Assembly: GCA_039714075.1 (NCBI GenBank)
Contig: JBDLKA010000006.1
Coordinates: 1-64,000 of the forward strand
Origin: Candidatus Krumholzibacteriota bacterium
Lineage (GTDB): Bacteria > Krumholzibacteriota > Krumholzibacteriia > LZORAL124-64-63
DNA length: 64,000 bases
Direction of reading: 5' to 3'
Part shown: one piece after another, positions 41,003 through 50,886 of the stretch
Layout: every line of letters starts with the position of its first letter
Numbering within the stretch: the stretch's first letter is position 1
Program-made: the position numbers and the translations under genes
Notes under the pieces: model-generated
Told to the model about the DNA's origin: nothing
Database searches by the model: none
The model's input: the letters and a program-made list of their open reading frames with translations, nothing else

Positions 41003-41035
41003 CCCCGCCGGCTCAATAGCCCGGCGGGGTTTTTT
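41003..41035 (+). terminator. Rho-independent terminator
   Basis: CCCCGCCGG/CCGGCGGGG stem followed by T6; overlaps the 3' end of the convergent amidase. Confidence 0.65.
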
Positions 41036-42707
41036 CATGCCATGAAGTGATTTCCTGGAAGGTGCGGGCCACCGCCAGCAGCGTCGCTTCATCATACAGG
41101 CGGCCGACGAAGCTGAGCGAATGGGGCGATTCCTCGCCGGTGAATCCGGCCGGGACGACCACCTGGGGATGCCCCGTCAGGTTGGTGATCAACAGGCTGT
41201 CCCCGGCCAGGGACGGGGTGAGGTAGACGTCGACCTCGCGGAACACCTCGTTCATCATGGCCATCAAGCGGGTGCGATGCCGGTTGGCCTGGACGTACTC
41301 CACCGCCGGAATGAATTGCGCGGTCCGGAAAACGTTGGGCCAGGCGAAACGGACCTGCCGGACCAGCTCGTCGTCGCGGCCGGACAGGGTCAGGTCCTGG
41401 AAGGCCGCCCCCGCCTCGACGGTCAGGATGATGGCCAGGTCCGACGGGTTGATTCCCATCTCCTTCAGGGGGAACTCCAGGGGCACCAGGTCCACGCCCC
41501 GGTAACGCAATTCCCTCATGGCTTCATGATCCAGCTCCCGCCCGGGATATTCCTCGTCGAAGGCGCTTTTCAGGTAACCGATTCTCAGACCGGACAGGTC
41601 CTGGTCGTACCGGTAGGGGAACGGCGCGTCGATGGAGGTGGGATCGCGCGGGTCGGACCCGCGGATGGCGTCGAAAACCACGGCGCAGTCCGCGGCCGAG
41701 CGCGCGATGGGGCCGATCTTGTCCATGGTCCAGCTCAGGGCCATGGCGCCCGCGCGGCTGACCCGGCCGAAGGTGGGCCGCAGACCGGTCACCCCGCAGC
41801 GGGTGCTGGGCGAGACGATGGAACCCCAGGTCTCGGTCCCGATGGCGAACGGAACCAGCCCCGCGGACACCGCCGCCGCCGAACCCGCGGATGATCCGCT
41901 GGACCCTTCATCCAGGTTCCAGGGGTTGCGGGTCTTGCCGTTGAACCACACGTCACCCCAGGCCAGGGCGCCCAGGGTGAGCTTGGCCACCAGGACGGCG
42001 CCCGCCTGGTCCAGCTTGCGCACGACGGTGGCGGTTTCATCGAGCACCTGATTCCTGTAGGGAGTGGCGCCCCAGGTGGTGGGGGCGCCCTTGACGGCGA
42101 GCAGATCCTTGGCGCCGTAGGGAATGCCGTGCAGGGGCCCCAGGTATTCGCCCCGGTCGAGCATGCGGTCCAGTTCGCGCGCCCTTTGGCGGGCCCGTTC
42201 GGGCATCAGGGTGATGACGCACTCCAGGTCGGGTCCGAAATCCTGGAGACGGTCCAGGGCCAGTTCGGTCAGTTCCAGGCAGGTGACCTGCCGCTGCCCG
42301 ATCAATTGGCCCAGTTCCGCCACGCCGGCGAAGGCCAGGCTTTCGAGGCGGGCGGGCCTGCTGACGGGACCGGGGTCGCCCCACTGGGGTTGATCTACGG
42401 GGGCCATCGCCTCGTTCGGCCGGTCCTGGGTTCCCCGCGCCCACGCCAGGCGGGGGTCGAAGCGCACCGCGGGCCGGATGCCGTTGCCCGGTATGTTCCC
42501 GCGCATGGAAACATAGGAATCCCGTTGCTCCGCCAGATCTTCCATCATCAAATCCCGCTCATCCGGGGTCATTTCCAGGCCGAAAACCACTTCGGATGCC
42601 CGAATCTGGCTCTTGCCGAGGGTCTGGGTGTCCCGGATTTCCTCCCCGCACCCCGAAAGTGCCAGGATCACCAGTAGACAGGCGGCAATGGACAGATTGG
42701 ACTTCAT
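41013..42707 (-). CDS. amidase-signature family lipoprotein
   Basis: Lipobox LSGC; GPLHGIPYGAKD, GSSGSSAGS, GTETWGSIVSPS. Confidence 0.93.
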   Translation of the reverse strand: MKSNLSIAACLLVILALSGCGEEIRDTQTLGKSQIRASEVVFGLEMTPDERDLMMEDLAEQRDSYVSMRGNIPGNGIRPAVRFDPRLAWARGTQDRPNEAMAPVDQPQWGDPGPVSRPARLESLAFAGVAELGQLIGQRQVTCLELTELALDRLQDFGPDLECVITLMPERARQRARELDRMLDRGEYLGPLHGIPYGAKDLLAVKGAPTTWGATPYRNQVLDETATVVRKLDQAGAVLVAKLTLGALAWGDVWFNGKTRNPWNLDEGSSGSSAGSAAAVSAGLVPFAIGTETWGSIVSPSTRCGVTGLRPTFGRVSRAGAMALSWTMDKIGPIARSAADCAVVFDAIRGSDPRDPTSIDAPFPYRYDQDLSGLRIGYLKSAFDEEYPGRELDHEAMRELRYRGVDLVPLEFPLKEMGINPSDLAIILTVEAGAAFQDLTLSGRDDELVRQVRFAWPNVFRTAQFIPAVEYVQANRHRTRLMAMMNEVFREVDVYLTPSLAGDSLLITNLTGHPQVVVPAGFTGEESPHSLSFVGRLYDEATLLAVARTFQEITSWHEKTPPGY

Positions 42708-43155
42708 GGAATTCCCTTTCAGGTAAAGGGGCCGCACCAGCCCCGGGGCCGTTGACAGGATCCGATATGGAGGTTGCGGAGTCAATCCGGTTCCGGCCTG
42801 AGGATGTATTTCCTCACGCCCATGTGATAAACAGCCAAAATGTCATGACAATTGGCAGGATTTGGTTCGTGACATTTTTCGCATACGGTATACAATCGAA
42901 AAATGCCTTTTTGTCAATCTGTGGAACTTGTTGAAAATATTGAAATTAAAAATATATTTTTTCCCGCGGACTCCAATTGCCGGAGTGGCCTTTACCCTGC
43001 ATTCCTGCCGACCAGACGCAACATCTTAGGAACCGCACCCAGGCCGGGGCCCCAGGAAGCATCCCGTCATCCGATCTCCCTTGACGGGTACTCGCTCAAG
43101 CATCCAGGGCCCCGGCCTGATTTTCACGGAAAACGAAGGGAAAAGGAGGTTGGAG

Positions 43156-43572
43156 ATGCGTATCTGGACACCCCAGGCGATGGAATTGATGAACGAGGCA
43201 CGGGAAAAGGCTTACGCCATGGGCCACGCGGAGCTGGACCCCCTTCACCTTTTGTGGGTTTTCCTCCAGGAAGCGACCCGGCCCGAGGGAAGGGCCATGA
43301 GAGTGCCCGGTTCCCCCGGACCCGCCATTCTGCGGACGGAACTGAAGTTGGCGGAACTGCCCCGGGCGATTAGAACAGTGGTGGCCAGCCCCAATTCGGC
43401 CTTCCAGGAGCTTATCCTGAGGGCGGCCGACCTGGCCCCGAGCACGGCCATGGTGCAAGGCGAAGGCCGCATCGGTCCCCATGAACTGGTTCTGGCCCTG
43501 GTGGGCGATCAGGGACCGGCGGGCGACATGCTGAGGAATTTCGAAATGAGAACGGCACGGATGGCCGGATAG
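43156..43572 (+). CDS. stand-alone Clp N-terminal (Clp repeat) domain protein
   Basis: WTPQAMELMNEAREKA..GHAELDPLHLL and IGPHELVLAL repeats; AGGAGG RBS; no AAA+ domain. Confidence 0.75.
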   Translation: MRIWTPQAMELMNEAREKAYAMGHAELDPLHLLWVFLQEATRPEGRAMRVPGSPGPAILRTELKLAELPRAIRTVVASPNSAFQELILRAADLAPSTAMVQGEGRIGPHELVLALVGDQGPAGDMLRNFEMRTARMAG

Positions 43573-43707
43573 ACGGATATATGGAGATACGTCGGGCGTG
43601 CCGCCCCGACTGACCAGGAGCGAAATGTGACCCCGCTTCGGTCGGCATTTGGCGGCACGCCCGGCAGCTAATTGGAATCGCCGGTTCAGGTGTGGTAAAA
43701 TCGGGTC

Positions 43708-44259
43708 ATGAAATCCATTTTCCTGATCGCAATTTTTCTGAGCGGAATTGGGACCGCGACCGCGACCGAAATCCAGGTGGGGGTCTTTGTCGGTCTCGGC
43801 GGGGAACCCGACCGAACGATTACCTGCGTTTCAGGGCCACCCGGAGCCACGTTCGAACAGGTGGCCTGGGCCTGGATACCGGAAGAACTGGGCCTGGCCT
43901 ACGTTACCCTCCGTTTTGTATTTCCCACCAACCTCGATCTCACCAGCCGCCCCGTTTTCCACGCCCAGGTATCCGAGGTGATCTTCACCGAATTCGTTGA
44001 CGGTACGTCCGAGTGGAACATGATCTTTGACGGATGTCCGTCGGGATGGGTCAGGATATTCACCCAGGAGTGCGTGCTGCTGGATACGCAGCCTTCGCGG
44101 ATCGGGATCGTCGGCGTTCGTTCCATGGTGCGCGACTGCACCACCTTTGTCTTGAACGATGTGGCGGTCCTGAACGAGATCGAGGTGAACGACCCCGCCT
44201 GTGCGGTGGTTTCCGCCGAGACAGTCACCTGGGGCGGCATCAAGAGTATTTTCCACTAA
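43708..44259 (+). CDS. secreted protein with C-terminal TWGxIK motif
   Basis: Signal peptide; paired Cys; ends AETVTWGGIKSIFH. Confidence 0.8.
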   Translation: MKSIFLIAIFLSGIGTATATEIQVGVFVGLGGEPDRTITCVSGPPGATFEQVAWAWIPEELGLAYVTLRFVFPTNLDLTSRPVFHAQVSEVIFTEFVDGTSEWNMIFDGCPSGWVRIFTQECVLLDTQPSRIGIVGVRSMVRDCTTFVLNDVAVLNEIEVNDPACAVVSAETVTWGGIKSIFH

Positions 44260-44294
44260 GACATAATGGAGGTTCTATTTTGGCTTTCAAATCA

Positions 44295-44472
44295 TAACTC
44301 ATTTGTTATCAATAGGTTGATTTTTAAAAGTGTCCCCGGGGACACTTTTCGCGGTGATATCCAATATCCATGCATTCAAACCCGCCGGCGGGTTTTCCTG
44401 CATTGAAAACCCATATCCCAGCGCTCCTGGAATCGCCGCATCAGGCGTCCTTAGTGCCGGACACAATTTCAG
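44295..44472. repeat. bipartite AT-rich intergenic repeat, copy 2
   Basis: Same three blocks as 3047-3229; perfect 24-bp palindrome AAAAGTGTCCCCGGGGACACTTTT 44326-44349. Confidence 0.85.
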
Positions 44473-44581
44473 GGGCACAACTCATTGCTTTCCCTTCGCA
44501 CCCTCTTTCCGGGGATGTTAATATGGCGGCCTTGAAAAATCGGGGTTCCGCTCACCGACCGGAGGTGCCGTCATTTCCAGA

Positions 44582-46852
44582 TTGATCCTTTTCTGCACCC
44601 TGATGCTGGCCGGGGCCGCGGGTGTCGATGCAGCCACACCGGCCCTCGAGGACCTCGCCATCACCGTCACCCCCGATCACGGGCGTGAGTACATCTTCAC
44701 CGACAAGGGCGCCGCCCACCTGGCGGGCGAAGCGGTCGGGGTCAATACCCGCAGCTACCACGGTTTCTACATCGCCATGCACGAGGTGGTGGACAGCTGG
44801 AGCCTGCGCCTGGAAGACGGAACCGTAGTCGGACCCGGCACGGTCCAGGAAGCCGTCATCACGCCCGACCGAATGACAAGGCGCCACAAGCTGCCCGACG
44901 GCGGTGTGGTCACCGAAACGGTGGAGCTCTTCGACCGGGAAAACGGTTTCCGCGTGGTGTACGACGGGGTGCCGGGCGGCAACTTCGAATTTTTGCCCCT
45001 GGTGGACATGCGGTTCCTGTGGAAGACCGGCAAACCCGGGTACGAGGTCCGCTGGGAGGGCGGCAACCTGCTGGTCTGCCGCCAGGACGCCCTGGACAAG
45101 GAGCCGGATCCCGCCCATCCGGCCTGGCTGGCGGTCGCGGTGCGGGGGGCCAATGAATTTCGTACCGACGGACGCCACATCGACACGGTCTACCCCAAGG
45201 GGCAGGCCCGCAAGGCCATGGACCGGACTTCGCCCTATCTGCCGGGGGCCATCCGCGGCCGCATTCCGCCCCGGGTGCCCTCGGGAAAAGTGGAGGCTGT
45301 GTTCGCGGCGGATGTTTCCGCCTCGGGAGCCGCTGAACGGGCCAGCCGGTTGCGGGCGGAAGCCGCCGGCCTGATGACCGCCCGCCGTGAGCGTCTGCAG
45401 AACCTCGTTTCCGCCGCGGCGATCACCACCGGCGTGCCCCGTGACGACCGGGCCCTGGCCTGGGCGCGCGTCTCCCTCGACAACCTCGTCATGAACCAGC
45501 GGGGGCCCGGCATCTACGCGGGGTTCTACTGGTTCACCACCTACTGGGGCCGCGATACGTTCATCACCCTGCCGGGATCGAACATCGTCAGCGGGGATTT
45601 CGAGAACGCGAAGATCCTGCTGCGGTCGTTCGCCGAATTCCAGGACCTGGACCCGGGCAGCAAGCGGCAGGGCCGGGTGCCGAATTTCGTGACCGTGGAC
45701 CAGGTGCAGTACGCCAGCATCGACGGCACCTGGTGGTTCGTCCGCGCCCTGGACGAATTGTGGCGGCAGTCCGGCGATGACGATTTCGCCCGGGAAATGG
45801 CGCCGGTCGTCTTTCGTGCGGTGGCCGGCGCGATCACCCACGCGGTGGATGACCAGATGTTCATCACCCACGGCGACGGCGAGACCTGGATGGACGCCGG
45901 GGGCGAGGACCACCCCTATTCCCCGCGCGGCAATCGCGCGGTCGAAGTCCAGGCGCTGTGGCACCGTGGTCTGTTGACCGCCGCCCGCCTGGCCGATCGA
46001 TTCCCCGAAACCGCCGACCCCGCCTGGGACTACCGCGGCCGGGCCGCCACCCTGGCGGACAATTTCCACCAGAAGTTCTGGACCGACGGCCGGCTGGTCG
46101 ATCACCTTAACGTGGACGGTTCGCCCGACACCCAGATCCGGCCCAACGGACTGCTGGCGGTGATGGCTTCGCCCACCCTGTTCACCAGCGACCAACGCAC
46201 CGCGATCACCGAACTGGCGGGCCGTGAACTGGTCATGCCGTGGGGCGTACTGTCGTTGAACCGGGATGATCCCTTTTTCCATCCCAAACATCTGGACCTG
46301 GGCAACTACTACTACGACGAAGCGTATCACAACGGAGATCTGTGGCTCTGGTTGTCGGGCAGTTACGTATCGGCGTTGAACAGCCCGTCCGAGGGGTTCG
46401 GCCAGACCCGCATGCTGCTGGACGAGATCATGGACGAGGGCGCCGTGGGCACGCTGCAGGAAATAAGGGACGGCGCGCAGGCCGCCAGCAACGACGAGTT
46501 CGGCGGCGCCACCAGCCAGGCCTGGTCCCTGGCCGAACTGCTGCGGAACGTGGTGCAGGATTACGCCGGATTGAAGGTGGACCTGACCGCCGATCCGCCG
46601 ACGGTCACGCTGCGGCCCTCGGCGCCGGCCGACTGGCAGGATTTGCAGGTCCGCACCCGCATCGGCGAATATCACTGCCTGTTGTCGTGTACTGGAGCGG
46701 AACCCGGAGAGGTGGTCGTCCGTTTCACCAAACGACCACCCCGAAAATGGAAGCTTGTCCTGGAAAAACCGGGCGGCGGGTCGTTGAACGGCACCGTGGT
46801 TGTCGATCGCGACGCCCCCGCAGGTTGGGATTTCCGCATTGATTGGAAGTAG
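44582..46852 (+). CDS. amylo-alpha-1,6-glucosidase / glycogen debranching family protein with signal peptide
   Basis: AGFYWFTTYWGRDTFITLPG, TWMDA, IRPN, YHNG, QAWS. Confidence 0.88.
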   Translation: MILFCTLMLAGAAGVDAATPALEDLAITVTPDHGREYIFTDKGAAHLAGEAVGVNTRSYHGFYIAMHEVVDSWSLRLEDGTVVGPGTVQEAVITPDRMTRRHKLPDGGVVTETVELFDRENGFRVVYDGVPGGNFEFLPLVDMRFLWKTGKPGYEVRWEGGNLLVCRQDALDKEPDPAHPAWLAVAVRGANEFRTDGRHIDTVYPKGQARKAMDRTSPYLPGAIRGRIPPRVPSGKVEAVFAADVSASGAAERASRLRAEAAGLMTARRERLQNLVSAAAITTGVPRDDRALAWARVSLDNLVMNQRGPGIYAGFYWFTTYWGRDTFITLPGSNIVSGDFENAKILLRSFAEFQDLDPGSKRQGRVPNFVTVDQVQYASIDGTWWFVRALDELWRQSGDDDFAREMAPVVFRAVAGAITHAVDDQMFITHGDGETWMDAGGEDHPYSPRGNRAVEVQALWHRGLLTAARLADRFPETADPAWDYRGRAATLADNFHQKFWTDGRLVDHLNVDGSPDTQIRPNGLLAVMASPTLFTSDQRTAITELAGRELVMPWGVLSLNRDDPFFHPKHLDLGNYYYDEAYHNGDLWLWLSGSYVSALNSPSEGFGQTRMLLDEIMDEGAVGTLQEIRDGAQAASNDEFGGATSQAWSLAELLRNVVQDYAGLKVDLTADPPTVTLRPSAPADWQDLQVRTRIGEYHCLLSCTGAEPGEVVVRFTKRPPRKWKLVLEKPGGGSLNGTVVVDRDAPAGWDFRIDWK

Positions 46853-46916
46853 AGTTTTGGAAGTAGAGATCACGTAGGCCGCGAGGCCGTTTCACCCCCG
46901 CAAGGAGAATATCGCC

Positions 46917-47678
46917 GTGAGAAAATTCATAGCCACCGCCCTGCTGTTGAGCCTGGCCGTCGTTTCCCCGTTGGCCGTACAGGCCATGGACGCCGACGAG
47001 CTGATCGCCAAGACCATCGAGGCATCCGGCGGCCTGGAGAAACTCAAATCCGTCGAGACGGTGAAGTTCACCGGCAAGTTCCTGGCCCAGGGCATGGAGT
47101 TTCCCTTCACCATGATCCAGAAACGTCCCGACATGATGAGGATCGATGCCGAAATCATGGGTGCGACCATGGTCCAGTGCTATTCCGGGGAAAAAGGCTG
47201 GACCATCAATCCGATGACCGGATCGACCGACCCCCAGCCCATGAGCGGGATCGAGGAGAAGAGCTTCAAGTTGCAGTCCGACATGGACGGGCCGCTGATC
47301 GACTACGCCGACAAGGGTTACACCGTGGAGTACGTCGGTGAAGAAGAGGTCGAGGGAACGCCCGCCCATCGATTGAAAGTGGACACCAACGACGGCATCG
47401 TCATGGACGTGTTCATGGACGCCGAATATTTCCTGGTCATCAAGAGCTCCAACAAGCTGACCGTGGACGAGAACGAGTTCGAAACCCAGACCTACATGAG
47501 CGACTTCCAGGAGGTCGAGGGGCTGGTCATTCCCTTCGCCATCGAAACGCGGTCCGGCGACGCGGTCATGAACCAGATCATGATGGAAAAGGCCGAATAC
47601 GGCGTCGAGGTGGATGACTCCCTTTTCGCCATGCCGGAAGTGCCGGCGGCACCGAGTGGGTTGGAGAAGGTGGAATAG
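46917..47678 (+). CDS. exported LolA-like (lipoprotein-sorting type) protein
   Basis: Signal peptide; IEASGG, KRPD, SDFQEVEGLVIPF. Confidence 0.75.
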   Translation: MRKFIATALLLSLAVVSPLAVQAMDADELIAKTIEASGGLEKLKSVETVKFTGKFLAQGMEFPFTMIQKRPDMMRIDAEIMGATMVQCYSGEKGWTINPMTGSTDPQPMSGIEEKSFKLQSDMDGPLIDYADKGYTVEYVGEEEVEGTPAHRLKVDTNDGIVMDVFMDAEYFLVIKSSNKLTVDENEFETQTYMSDFQEVEGLVIPFAIETRSGDAVMNQIMMEKAEYGVEVDDSLFAMPEVPAAPSGLEKVE

Positions 47679-47735
47679 TTCCGGCCACATAACGGGCCCC
47701 GAAATGGACAACAGTTTTAACAGAGGAGATTTCCC

Positions 47736-50700
47736 GTGCGAACGTCCCTTCTTGTCCTCGGATTGTTGATGCTGTTGCCCGTTTCGGGCTGGACTCAGGA
47801 TACCGTTGAACAGGGGATCGATATCGGTCCCCATGTTTTTGGCGCCATGCGGGCCCGCGGCATCGGGCCGGCGGTGATGAGCGGCCGGATTTCGGCCCTG
47901 GACGTGGTCGATTCCGACCCACGGATCATCTACGCGGGGGCCGCATCGGGCGGCGTGTGGAAAAGCAGGAACGGCGGCGTGAATTTCCGTCCGGTCTTCG
48001 ATGATCACAATCAGTGCATCGGGGCCATCGCCGTCGACCAAGCCCATCCGGACACGGTCTGGGTCGGCACCGGCGAAGTGTGGGTGCGCAACAGCGTCTC
48101 GGTGGGTGATGGTCTGTACCGCACCTACGACGGCGGGGACAAGTGGGAACGGGTGGGCCTGGAGAACACCGAGCGCATCGGCGAGATCATCGTCCACCCC
48201 ACCAATCCGGAAATTGTCTATGTCGCGGCCCTGGGCCATCTGTGGGACGCCAACGAAGAGCGCGGCCTGTTCAAGACCAGTGACGGCGGGGCCACCTGGG
48301 AAAAGATCCTTTACGTGGACGAGAACACCGGGTGCGCGGATATCGCGATCGATCCCCGCGATCCGGACGTTCTGTACGCCGCCATGTGGCAGTTCCGCCG
48401 GCGGCCGGATTTTTTCAAGTCCGGCGGCCCGGGCAGCGGCCTGTACAAGAGCACCGACGGCGGCATGAACTGGCGAAAACTGGAAGAGGGTTTGCCCGCG
48501 GGCGAGTTGGGGCGCATCGCCCTGGCGGTGGCTCCAGCGGAACCCGACCGGATCTACGCCGTGGTCGAGGCCGCCGAGTCGGCGCTGTACCGCTCCGACG
48601 ACCAGGGCGAGACCTGGGAGAGAAAGAACACCCAGAAGGCGGTCAAGGGGCGCCCGTTCTATTTCAGCCTGTTGGTTCCCGACCCGGTGGATCCCGACCG
48701 CCTCTTCAAAACCAGTACCGGTCTGTTGATGAGCCGGAACGGGGGCAAGACCTTCTCCAGCGTCGGCGGCTGGGTCCATGCGGATTATCACGCCCTGTGG
48801 ATCAATCCGGCCGATCCCAACAACATCATCGCCGGTACCGACGGGGGCCTCTACATCACCCGCAACCGGGGTGGCGGCTGGCAGCATGTGACCAATCTGC
48901 CGGTCTCCCAGTTCTACCGCGTGGCGGTGGACGACCGCCGGCCGTACCACGTTTATGGCGGGTTGCAGGACAACGGATCCTGGACCGCGCCTTCCAGGGC
49001 GCGGGGCGGCATCGAAAACTCCGACTGGGAAAACCTCGGGGGCGGCGATGGTTTCGCCGTCGCCATTGACCGCGCCGATCCCGACATCATCTACTGGGAG
49101 TGGCAGGGCGGAAACATCAACCGCCGCGATCTGCGCACGGGTGAAAACAAGGACATCAAGCCGCAGCCCGAGCAGGGCGATCCCGATTTCCGTTTCAACT
49201 GGAACACGCCCATCGTTCTGAGTCCCAACGATGAGAGCAGACTGTACGCGGGCTCCCAGTTTCTGCACCGCTCCACCGACCGGGGAGAATCCTGGGAAAA
49301 GATTTCGGGCGATCTGACCACCGACGATCCGGACAAGCAGCGGCAGACCGAATCGGGCGGGCTGACGATCGACAACACCAACGCCGAAACACATTGCACG
49401 ATCTTCACGATCAGCGAGTCCCCCCTGGACAAGAGTGTGATCTGGGTCGGCACCGACGACGGCAACATCCAGGTCACCGATAACGGCGGGAAGGAATGGC
49501 GGCTGGCCAGCGGCGGCATCGAGGGGTTGCCGGACGGCACCTGGGTCAGCTGCATTGAAAGTTCAGGGCATGATCGCGAAACCGCCTTCGTCACGTTCGA
49601 CGGCCACCGCACCGGCGACATGGCGCCGCATGTGTACGTCACCCAAGACCTGGGCAAAACCTGGCGCTCGATAACGACGGATGACATTGTCGGGTATGCC
49701 CACGTGATCAGGCAGGACCCCGTCAATGCCGACCTCCTGTTCCTCGGTACGGAATTCGGCCTGTTCATCACCCTGGACGGGGGGCTGCACTGGGCCAGGT
49801 TCGAGGAGGAGTTCCCGCCCGTATCGGTCCGGGACATGGTGATCCAGGCAAGGGATTCGGCCCTGGTGATGGGTACGCACGGGCGGGGCATCCAGATCAT
49901 CGACGACATCCGGATCCTGCGCCAGTTGACCACCGAAACCCTGACCGCCGACGTGGCGCTGCTCGACTCCAGAGCAGCGGCCCTGCGCACGCCCCAGTGG
50001 AAACAGCATTCCCCGGGCAACAACTACTTCGTGGCGGGCAATCCGAGCTCGGCGGCGGGGATCGTCTACTTCCTGAAAAAGCGACACATGTTCGGGGAAA
50101 TGAAACTGGAGATCTTCACCCCCGAGGGCGAACTGCTGAAGGTCCTGCCCGGCGGCAAGCGCAAGGGCCTGAACTTCGTGCGGTGGTCGCCGCGGTTGAA
50201 GCCGCCCAAGGTGGCTCCGTCGCCGACTTTGAACCCGTCCCTTTCCTTTGCCGCCGCTTTCGGTCCGGCCGCGCCCGAGGGGACCTACACCTACCGCCTG
50301 ACCAAGGGCAAGGATGTCTACGAAGGCACGGTGGACGTGGGTTATGACCAGGATTTCCCCCACGCGGTCAAGGAAAGAGCCCTCCAGCAGCAGACCGTGG
50401 GCGAATTGTATGAGCTTTTGGGCCGGTTGGCCTACTTGGCCGAGGCCGCTGACGGTGTTCGCCATGGTGCCCGCGATCGGGCCGGCCTTTTGAAAGAAGA
50501 TGGCACGTTGAGCACGCGGCTGCTGTCTTTTGCCAGCGATATTGAGGAAGTGCACAACGGTTTCATGGTTTCGGGCGAGATCCAGGGCATCAGCGGTCAA
50601 AGGAAGACCTGGGAGAAGATGTTGCGGCTGTACGGGTCGGTCAGCGCATACGGTGGGCGGCCGACGGCGTCACAGCTGGCCCGTTTGGCGGTCCTGCGTG

Positions 50701-50840
50701 GCGAGATCGAGGTGACTGAAACGGATTTCCACGAACTCATCCGTGCCAATCTGGAAGACCTGAACGGGAAGTTGGCGGACCAGGAATTGGAGCCCATCCA
50801 CCTGCTGACTGAAGAAGAGTTTGCAGCCAGGGGAGATTAG
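47736..50840 (+). CDS. VPS10/sortilin-like BNR-repeat glycosyl hydrolase
   Basis: GPAVMSGRI, many S/TxDGGxxW Asp boxes, GGLQDNG, GGGDG, RFNWNTP, GTHGRG. Confidence 0.9.
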   Translation: MRTSLLVLGLLMLLPVSGWTQDTVEQGIDIGPHVFGAMRARGIGPAVMSGRISALDVVDSDPRIIYAGAASGGVWKSRNGGVNFRPVFDDHNQCIGAIAVDQAHPDTVWVGTGEVWVRNSVSVGDGLYRTYDGGDKWERVGLENTERIGEIIVHPTNPEIVYVAALGHLWDANEERGLFKTSDGGATWEKILYVDENTGCADIAIDPRDPDVLYAAMWQFRRRPDFFKSGGPGSGLYKSTDGGMNWRKLEEGLPAGELGRIALAVAPAEPDRIYAVVEAAESALYRSDDQGETWERKNTQKAVKGRPFYFSLLVPDPVDPDRLFKTSTGLLMSRNGGKTFSSVGGWVHADYHALWINPADPNNIIAGTDGGLYITRNRGGGWQHVTNLPVSQFYRVAVDDRRPYHVYGGLQDNGSWTAPSRARGGIENSDWENLGGGDGFAVAIDRADPDIIYWEWQGGNINRRDLRTGENKDIKPQPEQGDPDFRFNWNTPIVLSPNDESRLYAGSQFLHRSTDRGESWEKISGDLTTDDPDKQRQTESGGLTIDNTNAETHCTIFTISESPLDKSVIWVGTDDGNIQVTDNGGKEWRLASGGIEGLPDGTWVSCIESSGHDRETAFVTFDGHRTGDMAPHVYVTQDLGKTWRSITTDDIVGYAHVIRQDPVNADLLFLGTEFGLFITLDGGLHWARFEEEFPPVSVRDMVIQARDSALVMGTHGRGIQIIDDIRILRQLTTETLTADVALLDSRAAALRTPQWKQHSPGNNYFVAGNPSSAAGIVYFLKKRHMFGEMKLEIFTPEGELLKVLPGGKRKGLNFVRWSPRLKPPKVAPSPTLNPSLSFAAAFGPAAPEGTYTYRLTKGKDVYEGTVDVGYDQDFPHAVKERALQQQTVGELYELLGRLAYLAEAADGVRHGARDRAGLLKEDGTLSTRLLSFASDIEEVHNGFMVSGEIQGISGQRKTWEKMLRLYGSVSAYGGRPTASQLARLAVLRGEIEVTETDFHELIRANLEDLNGKLADQELEPIHLLTEEEFAARGD

Positions 50841-50886
50841 CGGGCAGGCCAATCTCCCCTGGGCAATGTTCCGTTGAACCGTGCTT

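Noticed and set aside
46843..46868. Direct repeat TTGGAAGTAGAG x2 at the end of the debranching enzyme gene
   Set aside because: Short local duplication; no element or integrase lies between the copies
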